64,000 nucleotides of DNA from a virus (Duplodnaviria; Caudoviricetes), in the IMG/VR virus record IMGVR_UViG_3300046786_000304, positions 96,001 through 160,000 of that record. The stretch is one strand, 5' to 3'. Below the pieces are notes generated by a model. It saw only the letters and a program-made list of their open reading frames with translations. It searched no databases and was not told the DNA's origin. Both the position numbers and the translations under genes were made by a program. Positions 8,855 to 17,761 of the stretch are shown here, piece by piece. Each line of letters begins with the position of its first letter. Position 1 is the stretch's first letter.

Positions 8855-11103
8855 TACGGCCACGGGCCAGTAAATCCTTGTTTGGCAATCGTTGCTAAAT
8901 TGCCATCGGTTGCGTTTTGACTTACTTGATTATTAAACTCAAAGGTTGACCCAATAACTGGTTCTCCTGTTTGATTAAAATAATTAGTTGCGGCAGCAAG
9001 TGTTTGCTGATTAGTTGCAGCCGAAGCAGTTTGTTGATTCAATCTGCCTTTGGCAATTAATTCATTTACTCTGGCCATACCTTTGTCAATAACTTGTTGT
9101 TCATTGACTTCTGGACCGTAGTTATTGTTGGCAATAATACTGGCTTCTAAAATTCTTCTATTTCTATCTCGTTCGTCGGCAGCAATAAAACTAGCGGCTT
9201 GATCCCATGCTTCTTCTTTGTACAATGTAGTTAAATCTACTTTTTGTCCTTTTACAAAAGCCATACTAGCATCACCTGTTTGATTTTGTAAACTAACTAG
9301 GCCATCAAATACATTCTGTGGTATATTTTTTACACCTGCAGAAGATAGCATATTTTTAACGCTACGTTGATTTCTAGCTAAATCATTGTATAACATATCC
9401 TGTGCCTTGTCAGGACTAATACCTTGACTTAGCATCTTAGATACGTCAGCGGCAGAACCAGATCCAACTGAAACTCCTCCAGCAACTGTAGTACCGGATG
9501 GAGATATCTTATCTGTTACACTATTCAATCCATTGGCTATTGTATCGCCGGCTGCTTTTAGTTTAGCACCAAAGTCTTTGAATATATTTTTACCTAATAA
9601 TACTGCTCCGTTACCTGGCGGTAAATTTAAATCAAAACCTTTTGCGCCAGTATAAGGAGGTGTAGGTTTTTGTGGAACTATCACGCTTCCATATCCACCA
9701 CTTTCTCCTTTGGCATCTGCTGTATTTACAGGAGTGTATCCGTTTTGTTGTTTAATAACACTTACCATCTTATCGCTGACTGTAGCAGATTCAACTGCAA
9801 CTGGTTCGTCTTTATTAGGCGTTGGTACTACAGGTGCTGGTGTTTCATTTGTTTTTGGTTTTCTAGGTTGTTCTTGACTTGGCGCAGGATCTTTTTGCAT
9901 CTGCATGTTGCCAGTACCGATTGGATTAATCATGCCACTGTGGCCAGCCCACGGTTCATGTTCTGGTACAATACTACAAATACTTTCTTTAACACCTTGA
10001 TTCACTGCCAAATTGTACATTGGAATTTCATTGGCAGCATCAGCAGTTGGGCCGTTCATGTGTATAACACCAGCTGTTTCATAATGGCCTACGCCACTTA
10101 ATATGCTACTTGTTTCACCGCTGGTAATTTTAGTATTGCTGCCAGCTAACGTTGAAATTTCATTGCCCGCAGATAATTGAACATTTCCGTTATTAGCTTT
10201 CATATTAATATTAAGTCCTGCTTGCATATTAATATTGTTGTCTGCGTATAAGTTAATATTTTCTTGACTTCTAATGCTTATATCTTTACTACCATACAAA
10301 TGAATTCTTCCGTCAGCACTTAACTCTACCCAGCTTTCTCCATTTTTACTAATAAGATAAATGTGCCCAGCAACGTCGTCTAACAATAGTTGTGTGCCAT
10401 TTGTTGTTCTTAATCTAATTAATTTGTTGTTACCGTCTTTGTCACCATCGTCCAGGACTAACTGGTGTTGGCCAGGAGTTAATAGTCCAATAACTTTACT
10501 AGGAGCTTCGCGCATTGCTCCGCTGGTTGTAGTTCCTCTCAGCGGATCATTTTCTAATCCCTGAGTTTTTAATGCTTTATATGCGGGCTCATGAGCAACA
10601 TATTTTGTTAAATCTGCGTCTAAATCTTTTTTATTTTTAGGCGCAACTGGTATGTTATCACCTTTGTGTGTTTTACCTGAAGGTATACCAGGTACACTAA
10701 CTTGTGTGCCTCTTTGGAACATACAAGCAAACCAATAACATTTATCAGTTTTACCATCAGCAAATGTAACTAATACTTGAGCATCGATGTCAGGAGGTAC
10801 AGCCCAAAAGCCATAGCTTTTCATTGTATCGCTGTATTCTTCTACATTAGTGCCTTGGTCAAATATACTCGTTGATCCTGCGAATGGACTAGCATAACTA
10901 GCAACATACCAGCTAGAGTCTACTTCGGGGTCACCGCCTAACTCAGGAATGTATACCTGTAGTCTTCCCATGTTTTGGCTATCGTCATTCTTTTTTACAA
11001 TACCAACATATACGCCATATAATCTAGGTACGCCGGCACCTCGGTTGTCTGTATAACTTGCTGGGGCTTTTCTATTACCATTTGGATTTGCAACTCTTGC
11101 CAT
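8851..11103 (-). CDS. gp5: Baseplate hub/spike protein gp5/VgrG-like with degenerate C-terminal lysozyme domain
   Basis: N-terminal OB fold 'GRLQVYIPELGG...WAVPPDIDAQVLVTF', beta-helix repeats, 'VPEHEPWAGH', then a GH24-like region. Confidence 0.85.
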   Translation of the reverse strand: MARVANPNGNRKAPASYTDNRGAGVPRLYGVYVGIVKKNDDSQNMGRLQVYIPELGGDPEVDSSWYVASYASPFAGSTSIFDQGTNVEEYSDTMKSYGFWAVPPDIDAQVLVTFADGKTDKCYWFACMFQRGTQVSVPGIPSGKTHKGDNIPVAPKNKKDLDADLTKYVAHEPAYKALKTQGLENDPLRGTTTSGAMREAPSKVIGLLTPGQHQLVLDDGDKDGNNKLIRLRTTNGTQLLLDDVAGHIYLISKNGESWVELSADGRIHLYGSKDISIRSQENINLYADNNINMQAGLNINMKANNGNVQLSAGNEISTLAGSNTKITSGETSSILSGVGHYETAGVIHMNGPTADAANEIPMYNLAVNQGVKESICSIVPEHEPWAGHSGMINPIGTGNMQMQKDPAPSQEQPRKPKTNETPAPVVPTPNKDEPVAVESATVSDKMVSVIKQQNGYTPVNTADAKGESGGYGSVIVPQKPTPPYTGAKGFDLNLPPGNGAVLLGKNIFKDFGAKLKAAGDTIANGLNSVTDKISPSGTTVAGGVSVGSGSAADVSKMLSQGISPDKAQDMLYNDLARNQRSVKNMLSSAGVKNIPQNVFDGLVSLQNQTGDASMAFVKGQKVDLTTLYKEEAWDQAASFIAADERDRNRRILEASIIANNNYGPEVNEQQVIDKGMARVNELIAKGRLNQQTASAATNQQTLAAATNYFNQTGEPVIGSTFEFNNQVSQNATDGNLATIAKQGFTGPWPY

Positions 11104-14087
11104 TATCCTTTACCTCCCAATGACGCTTTTCTAATATATTCTGCTTCCGATCCCTTGACATCTGATGGTAACAAATATCTATTCGGACCGTTTCTGCCAG
11201 AAGGTATTACGCCTACACCATAATTGTAATATTCATTGCCGGCCTTTAGTCCTTCTTCCCATGTGTTATATCCGTTGTATTTGTTTCTCTCTGCTATGTA
11301 ACCAACACCTAATGGATTATTAACTTCTGCAGGCCCTGGTCTAGCTGTATTATTACTCTTCCAATCATCTAAGCCACCGGCGCCACTCTTGGTCATAGCA
11401 AGTCCGGCTAGTGTTTCGGACGAGTATGGTTTATGATTTGGTACACCTGCTTCAGCATACGCTTTCTTGTCTGCCTCTTCGAGATGTTGATAATATGCTT
11501 TAGTTTCTTCGCTGTATTGTCGCTTGGCAGCTTCGTAGGCTTCGTTTCTAGACTTGCCAGAATCTACCATAGCCTGTGCGTTTGTTACAGGATCAGCAAC
11601 TGCTGGCGGAGGATTATCTCGTAATATTGCTCGTTGTTTGTTTAACGCATCCGAAACGCCTGGTGTGCTTGCAACTGTAGTCGGTGCTGTAACACCTCCA
11701 GCACCCATACCTTGGTCTCCGGATAATGCTTCTTGTTTTAATTCCGCATCTCGTTGCTCTGCACCTTGTTGGCGTAGATCATTGATACGATCTCTTGCTC
11801 TATCTTCTGACGCTAATACTCCGTCTGCCCAATCTTCAAACGATACATCACCGCCTTTCGTTAGATTGGCTCTAGGTAAGATATGACTTGGTATTGTTAC
11901 ATCTCTGATTGTTTTTAGTTTTTGTGTCCACTTACCTTCTTTGAATATGTTTTCAACTTCAACTACTTTATAAATTCCAACAATTTGATCATTATAATTA
12001 AAGGTTAATAAATCATCTTCGCCGGCGCCTCCGTCTGGCATCATAGTACAGAAATAAAATAACTGTCCACCCTTATACCATTGCGCTACTCCGTAATCAC
12101 TCCATACCGGTTCTTTTGAATCCCATCCTTTTTCAATGTTTGGCATTCGACTATTAATCATAGCCCTTATTTCTTTTTCACTGGAACTCGGCAATTCAAT
12201 TTTATCTAATCCTATTTTGCCATTTAATAATAAATTAGGAACTCCTAGCCAATACGGGTCTCCTATGATTTCCATGTCTAAATTAACTAAATCCCGCGGA
12301 GCTAACTGTACCGCAAATATTTTTTCCATTAGTTTTTCGTTTTCGGACTTGACAATGTCAACTTGTTCGCCAATAACGTCTGGTTCCATTCTAGGAATTA
12401 AGTTAGGATAATCTAACTCAATAGCTTTTTTATATATTGTTTCCCAAACATTTCCGTTCTGGCCAACGTCTTCTGCGTAAACCAACGTATCAAATAAATC
12501 TTTTCTATTTTTAATTGTACTACCAGTTACTGCTTGCTGTTGAGTATTAAATTCTGATTCTCGTTTTGCGATTTCACTATTCAAGAATGTTATATAATCT
12601 TGTAGATCTTTATAATCTTTTTGTGCTTGTTTGCCTTTTCTAGTAACATAACGTTGATATGCTTCTGGATCACCTTTGGCATATTTTTGCATATCAGCTT
12701 TTAATTTCATTGTAAGCTCTTGCGCTTTTCGTTGCATTTGTTCAATGTCAATTCTAGCAGAACCAGCATCATCGCCGTGAACATAGGGACTAACTCTTCT
12801 ATTATAGTTTTCTATGTTCATTGCGCCAGAACCAGCCTGGCCTCTGTCTGCCCATATGACAGGGAAACTAGGTAAACTATATGCTTGATTATATTGTAAG
12901 TCTGTGCGAATTACTTCGGTATTCATACCAGTGTAATTGAAATAATATAATTTACGCAAAAGACCTTCTTGTAAATAATATCTTAACTTGTTATATACTT
13001 TGTCCTTGTTACTAAGTTTGTTTAATAAGGCAATCTCGTCTGGATACTGATACATGTTAGGCTGATCGGCCAAATAAATTAAGAAAACATGTTTGGTAGC
13101 ATATCGCTGTCTTATATAATCATAGGATTTATAAACACTATACGTTTCAACTCTAAAGAATTGATAAACGCTGCCAAGCATACTTTCTAAATTTGCTTTA
13201 CTTTGTTCACTACTACCCGATGCGTCAGAACTAGCAGGCTTAGGTCGACCTGGTAGTAAATCTGATATATCTTTTGTGCTTTGTAATATTTTTGTTATTT
13301 GTTGAGTTAATGGTGTTCCGGGACGTACACTAATATTAAATCTACCAGTTCCAAATAAAGTATTCCCCCAAGTTCCTTGTATTGCTGGGTCTGCTTTACC
13401 TTTTGTTGTAAATCCATATTTTTCAATTCGAGGTTCTATCAAGAAATGATATTCATCGTGAAACACGTCTGCGGCCGCAGGATTGTCTCCACCGCCGGCA
13501 GCGCCTCCGCCTGCCTTTTGTCTAGCGGCAGCATATTTAAATTCTTTGGTTTCTAATTCTATTTGTAATTTTTTAAAATATTCACCTACAGTGCCAGCTT
13601 CAATCTTAGTTGTTTCTTTTATAGGTTGAACCAAGTCAGTTTGCCCATGATGGCCAGTGTGTACAAATGTTACATTATACTCCGTGCCTTTTTCTGTAAC
13701 CGTTGCTTTTACATCAGTGGATATAAACATAATAGGCCAGATATACTTGTATGGCGTTCCTGATTCAGGCACGTTTTCACCAAACACTTCCACTTCTAAT
13801 AGATATCTACAATCAAGGTAATTCATTGTGCCTACTTGGAAGGCGGCAGCCTTGATATAATCCAGCATGGCCATACCTGTGGGTTCGTGTATCCGCAGTT
13901 CTCCTCTATGATTCATTGCTATAGATGTAATTGCGTTGGCATTAATAACGCTTTGCCAACTAACATCAGTTACGATGAATCTGCCAGTGGTAGCAGTTTC
14001 CGCGATTACTATTCCTAATCGAGGATCTAATTTGTTTACATCTTTTGGATGAACTAATGTTAATCGTGTATAATAGGTGTGTGCCAT
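11103..14087 (-). CDS. Large baseplate hub protein (gp27/contractile-system hub-like) with C-terminal GH73-like domain
   Basis: 'LDMEIIGDPYWLG' and 'GIYKVVEVENIFKEGKWTQKL' are typical of hub proteins; lies between gp53 and gp5. Confidence 0.65.
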   Translation of the reverse strand: MAHTYYTRLTLVHPKDVNKLDPRLGIVIAETATTGRFIVTDVSWQSVINANAITSIAMNHRGELRIHEPTGMAMLDYIKAAAFQVGTMNYLDCRYLLEVEVFGENVPESGTPYKYIWPIMFISTDVKATVTEKGTEYNVTFVHTGHHGQTDLVQPIKETTKIEAGTVGEYFKKLQIELETKEFKYAAARQKAGGGAAGGGDNPAAADVFHDEYHFLIEPRIEKYGFTTKGKADPAIQGTWGNTLFGTGRFNISVRPGTPLTQQITKILQSTKDISDLLPGRPKPASSDASGSSEQSKANLESMLGSVYQFFRVETYSVYKSYDYIRQRYATKHVFLIYLADQPNMYQYPDEIALLNKLSNKDKVYNKLRYYLQEGLLRKLYYFNYTGMNTEVIRTDLQYNQAYSLPSFPVIWADRGQAGSGAMNIENYNRRVSPYVHGDDAGSARIDIEQMQRKAQELTMKLKADMQKYAKGDPEAYQRYVTRKGKQAQKDYKDLQDYITFLNSEIAKRESEFNTQQQAVTGSTIKNRKDLFDTLVYAEDVGQNGNVWETIYKKAIELDYPNLIPRMEPDVIGEQVDIVKSENEKLMEKIFAVQLAPRDLVNLDMEIIGDPYWLGVPNLLLNGKIGLDKIELPSSSEKEIRAMINSRMPNIEKGWDSKEPVWSDYGVAQWYKGGQLFYFCTMMPDGGAGEDDLLTFNYNDQIVGIYKVVEVENIFKEGKWTQKLKTIRDVTIPSHILPRANLTKGGDVSFEDWADGVLASEDRARDRINDLRQQGAEQRDAELKQEALSGDQGMGAGGVTAPTTVASTPGVSDALNKQRAILRDNPPPAVADPVTNAQAMVDSGKSRNEAYEAAKRQYSEETKAYYQHLEEADKKAYAEAGVPNHKPYSSETLAGLAMTKSGAGGLDDWKSNNTARPGPAEVNNPLGVGYIAERNKYNGYNTWEEGLKAGNEYYNYGVGVIPSGRNGPNRYLLPSDVKGSEAEYIRKASLGGKG

Positions 14088-14089
14088 TT

Positions 14090-14803
14090 TTATCCGCCGT
14101 CGTGCATTTTATGAACGTCGTTTGTGTTTAATAATCCACGTTGTTTAATAAACCCGCCTAATTTATCATCTGGTTGATTAGGTTTATTGGGTTTAGGAGT
14201 AGTTGCAGGAGGCTTTTTAAACAATCCTTCACTTTTTTTCTTCTTATCACTATTTAAATCAGGAGTTTGATTTTTGCCGGGTTCAGGAAGCGGTTTTCCT
14301 GGTCTAAATTTATTTGGTATAGCGTCACCTGATCTTAGGTTATTAACAGGATTACCATTGCTGTCTAGATTATAGGTAGTAGTATTAAAATATGGCTTTC
14401 CTGTATTCGGGTCAATGCTTTCAGGATCAGCTGACTTTCCATCTGGTTTTTTACCGCCTGGCCAAGCTTCAAAATGTAAATGTATATCTTGTGGTCTGCC
14501 ATTTGATTGAAGTCCGGAATTACCTGTGTTACCTAAATATGTGCCAGGCTCTAAAGACATGCCAGGTTTTAAATGTGTAGGCGGAGTATCCAAGTGACCA
14601 TAATAATATTCTGTACCGTATTGGTCTCTGACTATAAGTCCATTACCTCCGGGTTTAGTTGGAGTATCGAGAACATGCATAACTTTCACAGGAACAGTAT
14701 TATATAATGGTGTGCCTACTGGAGTACTAAAATCACAACCATCGTGCGGTCTGCCACCTCTGTCTGCGCCATAATGGCCATGCACATGTGTTGCTGTAGG
14801 CAT
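14090..14803 (-). CDS. M23 (LytM-type) peptidoglycan endopeptidase
   Basis: HDGCD (HxxxD), YYYGHL, G..GNSG and HLHFE (HxH) zinc motifs are intact. Confidence 0.9.
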   Translation of the reverse strand: MPTATHVHGHYGADRGGRPHDGCDFSTPVGTPLYNTVPVKVMHVLDTPTKPGGNGLIVRDQYGTEYYYGHLDTPPTHLKPGMSLEPGTYLGNTGNSGLQSNGRPQDIHLHFEAWPGGKKPDGKSADPESIDPNTGKPYFNTTTYNLDSNGNPVNNLRSGDAIPNKFRPGKPLPEPGKNQTPDLNSDKKKKSEGLFKKPPATTPKPNKPNQPDDKLGGFIKQRGLLNTNDVHKMHDGG

Positions 14804-15126
14804 TATCTAACCTCTGCTAACTTTTCCAACAGAGACGAATCGCTGGGGATAAAAACTTCCATGCCGGATTTAAAATCCCAAATTGGATCTCTAATTACAT
14901 CGGCATTTGCTAGTGCTATCACCCACCATAATCTACTAGTGCCAAATTGCTGATAACTGAATAAGTCTATTCTGTTTTCGCATTCAGGAGGAACAATAAC
15001 GTAATCTCCTTTTGTATAACTAATCGTAGGCAACTTAGCTACGTCTAAGTAAAAGTTTTTAATAGGCACTTGACGAAGGAAACTTCGTTCGCCGTACATA
15101 TTTGTTGGAATTATAGTAGATGCCAT
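14803..15126 (-). CDS. gp53: Baseplate wedge protein gp53-like (LysM-like)
   Basis: 'RIDLFSYQQFGTSRLWWVIALAN...DP' signature. Confidence 0.85.
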   Translation of the reverse strand: MASTIIPTNMYGERSFLRQVPIKNFYLDVAKLPTISYTKGDYVIVPPECENRIDLFSYQQFGTSRLWWVIALANADVIRDPIWDFKSGMEVFIPSDSSLLEKLAEVR

Positions 15127-15788
15127 TAAATGTATCCTTTCGAACTTAATGCACCTTTAGAAAAATCTTCTAAGTTAAATTCAGTGACAGCCTTGTATAT
15201 GTTAGGTTGCATTATCAAACTTATGTTAATAGTAAAAAATACTGGCAAATAAAATTCTTTTGTTTTTTGTCCTGTGACAACAATTTCAGGAACTCCGTCT
15301 GCGCCTGCCTTAGGAACTTCTGTACTTGATTTTTTTACATCTTTAGTAGCGTCAATTGATTTATTATCAGGACTAAATGTACCTTTAACATAGTCAATGT
15401 CGTCAGGGAATGTCATCGAAAACTTACTAATTACAACTGGCACTTTATTAAATATCGGACTACCATGTGCAAAGAATCTTAGAATCCTTGGACTTTGCCC
15501 TCGTTGTGCGTCTGTCCTGCCATAATTCATTTTAGTATAAGTACGCAAAAATCGAATAGCATATTCGCAGTGATCAAAATGCTGTTTGGTATGAGCACTA
15601 AACTTACATGTCAAACCGATTGTTGGATTTTCTGTTCTGGTATATGCGTATGGTTGATAATTAGTATGTGTGAGACTGTATGCGTCATATTTGACGTCAT
15701 TACTATACTCGATTTGGGGAGTATATTGGAATTTCAATTCTCCCAAAGATTCATTCACTGGATTTTTTGCTATTAAATATACGCTCAT
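15126..15788 (-). CDS. Baseplate/tail-tube-fold protein (gp48/gp54-like)
   Basis: 'FQYTPQIEY...Y..TH.NY.P', 'VPVVISKFSMTFPDDIDY' resemble tube-initiator proteins; heads the baseplate operon behind CTAAATA. Confidence 0.6.
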   Translation of the reverse strand: MSVYLIAKNPVNESLGELKFQYTPQIEYSNDVKYDAYSLTHTNYQPYAYTRTENPTIGLTCKFSAHTKQHFDHCEYAIRFLRTYTKMNYGRTDAQRGQSPRILRFFAHGSPIFNKVPVVISKFSMTFPDDIDYVKGTFSPDNKSIDATKDVKKSSTEVPKAGADGVPEIVVTGQKTKEFYLPVFFTINISLIMQPNIYKAVTEFNLEDFSKGALSSKGYI

Positions 15789-15835
15789 ACTAGTATTTAG
15801 CGTATAATAATCTATAGTTTTAATTCCAAAAAGAC

Positions 15836-15865
15836 TTGACTTTGTTAATAAGAAAATGTTAAAAT
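15836..15865 (+). promoter_or_regulatory. Sigma70-type promoter for gp55 operon
   Basis: TTGACT-18nt-TAAAAT with TG extension. Confidence 0.6.
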
Positions 15866-15872
15866 AACTACT

Positions 15873-16733
15873 ATGGCAACATCACAAGCAAACCCCTTAG
15901 CTAAACAGTACTTGACTAACAAGGAATTACTTAAAGAAATTCACTTGAGTAAAAACAATTACAGTAGCTATACAAAACCCGAATACGGTAATTATGATTT
16001 AATTTTGGCAGATACGTCCAAGATTAATATAAGAACCATAGCAGAAGCTAAAAGAAACAAAGCACTTAGATTAAGTCAACTTGCCTTGGCAGAAGCTCAA
16101 AAGATTAATCCAAAAACTAAACTAGCAGAAGTTGAAATCGACTATAAAAAAGTCGCTAAAACTGACGTAGTGTTTAGGATTATGACACACGATCATGTTC
16201 CCTTGGAACCTGGACGTAAAAAGACTCCTAAGAGTCGTGGCGATCATCATAGCAAATGTAATTTTCCTCCTTATCAACATTTTAAGTTCGAAGAAGTCGA
16301 CGGGGAAGAAAAATTAATTTGTGTAGGCAAGAGTCATTGGCGAGGCGACATGGAAACTGGAGAGTTTAATCTCGAGGGCCAAATTACAAAAAAATTAGCC
16401 AAGAGTTATATGCTACTCTGCGAACGTTATAGTATGCGCTTTAACTGGCGTGGCTACACTTATGTAGATGAAATGCGTAGCCAAGCATTGCTACAACTAA
16501 GTCAGATTGGATTACAGTTTGACGAATCAAAATCGCAGAATCCCTTTGCTTATTATACAGCGGCTATTGATAATAGCTTTACTCGTATTTTAAACATTGA
16601 AAAGAAAAATCAAACCATTAGAGATGACTTGCTCATCGAATATGGCAGTAACCCTAGTTTCTCTAGACAGTTTGAACACGAAGCCAATATGCGAGACGAA
16701 CGCGATCGCTTGGCAGGATTAAAGGACCTATAA
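15873..16733 (+). CDS. gp55: Late-transcription sigma factor gp55-like
   Basis: 'ERYSMRFNWRGYTYVDEM...QFDESKSQNPFAYYT...NSFTRILNIEKK' signature; lies upstream of gp47/gp46 as in T4. Confidence 0.9.
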   Translation: MATSQANPLAKQYLTNKELLKEIHLSKNNYSSYTKPEYGNYDLILADTSKINIRTIAEAKRNKALRLSQLALAEAQKINPKTKLAEVEIDYKKVAKTDVVFRIMTHDHVPLEPGRKKTPKSRGDHHSKCNFPPYQHFKFEEVDGEEKLICVGKSHWRGDMETGEFNLEGQITKKLAKSYMLLCERYSMRFNWRGYTYVDEMRSQALLQLSQIGLQFDESKSQNPFAYYTAAIDNSFTRILNIEKKNQTIRDDLLIEYGSNPSFSRQFEHEANMRDERDRLAGLKDL

Positions 16734-17752
16734 TGACAGACATGTTTAAGAAGGCGGCAGTCTTCACTGACATCCACTTTGGTATGCGCCAGAACAGCAA
16801 AGCCCATAACGATGATTGTATGGGTTTCGTTAAATGGTTCTGCGAAACTGCTACTAAAGAAGGATGTGACACAGCAATCTTTATGGGCGACTGGCACCAC
16901 CATCGTGCCACAGTTAATGTTAGCACATTGAACTATACCGTTGATGCTATTGATTATATCAGCAAACACTTTGAACGATTCTTCTTCATTCCTGGTAATC
17001 ACGACTTGTACTATCGTGAGAAGCGTGACTTGACAAGTATTCCATTTATCAGAAATCAGAAAAACGTTGTTTTGGTCAATGATGTTTATACTGAAGGCGG
17101 AGTAAGTCTTGTGCCTTGGTTAGTAGGCGATGAATGGACTAGCATGAAACGTCTAGACAGTCGTTATGTGTTTGGTCACTTTGAACTGCCTAGTTTTAAA
17201 ATGAATGCCATGGTTGATATGCCTGATCATGGTGGATTGAACAGTGAACACTTTCCAAATCAAGAATATGTTTTCTCTGGACACTTCCATTTACGTCAGC
17301 GCAAAGGCAATGTACATTATACTGGCAATGCTTTCCCTCATAACTATTCAGATGCATGGGATGATGACCGTGGCATGATGATCATGGAATGGGGTAGTGC
17401 TCCAAGATACATTGCTTGGCCAGATGCTCCCAGTTTCAAAACTATTGATCTTACAAGATTGATTGAAGATCCTGACAAGTATATGAACCAAAATAGTTTC
17501 TTGCGTGTTACCTGCGATGCAGATATTAGTTTTGAAGAAGCAACATTCTTAAAAGAAAATTGGATGGAAACATACAAGTTGCGAGAACTAAATCTTATTC
17601 CAGCCAAACGTGAAGAACATACACAAGATTGGAGTGGTGATGTTCACTTTGAGTCAGTGGATCAAATTGTTGTTAGTCAACTAACAGCAATTGAAAGTGA
17701 TGTTGTGGATCGCCAAACGCTCATTGACATTTACAACGGACTTCATGTATAA
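16733..17752 (+). CDS. gp47: Recombination nuclease gp47 (Mre11/SbcD-like)
   Basis: DIH, GDWHH, GNHD, GHFE and GHFH metallophosphoesterase motifs. Confidence 0.95.
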   Translation: MTDMFKKAAVFTDIHFGMRQNSKAHNDDCMGFVKWFCETATKEGCDTAIFMGDWHHHRATVNVSTLNYTVDAIDYISKHFERFFFIPGNHDLYYREKRDLTSIPFIRNQKNVVLVNDVYTEGGVSLVPWLVGDEWTSMKRLDSRYVFGHFELPSFKMNAMVDMPDHGGLNSEHFPNQEYVFSGHFHLRQRKGNVHYTGNAFPHNYSDAWDDDRGMMIMEWGSAPRYIAWPDAPSFKTIDLTRLIEDPDKYMNQNSFLRVTCDADISFEEATFLKENWMETYKLRELNLIPAKREEHTQDWSGDVHFESVDQIVVSQLTAIESDVVDRQTLIDIYNGLHV

Positions 17753-17753
17753 T
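17724..17753 (+). promoter_or_regulatory. Internal sigma70-type promoter upstream of gp46
   Basis: TTGACA-18nt-TATAAT with TG extension, inside the 3' end of gp47. Confidence 0.65.
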
Positions 17754-17761
17754 ACACAACG

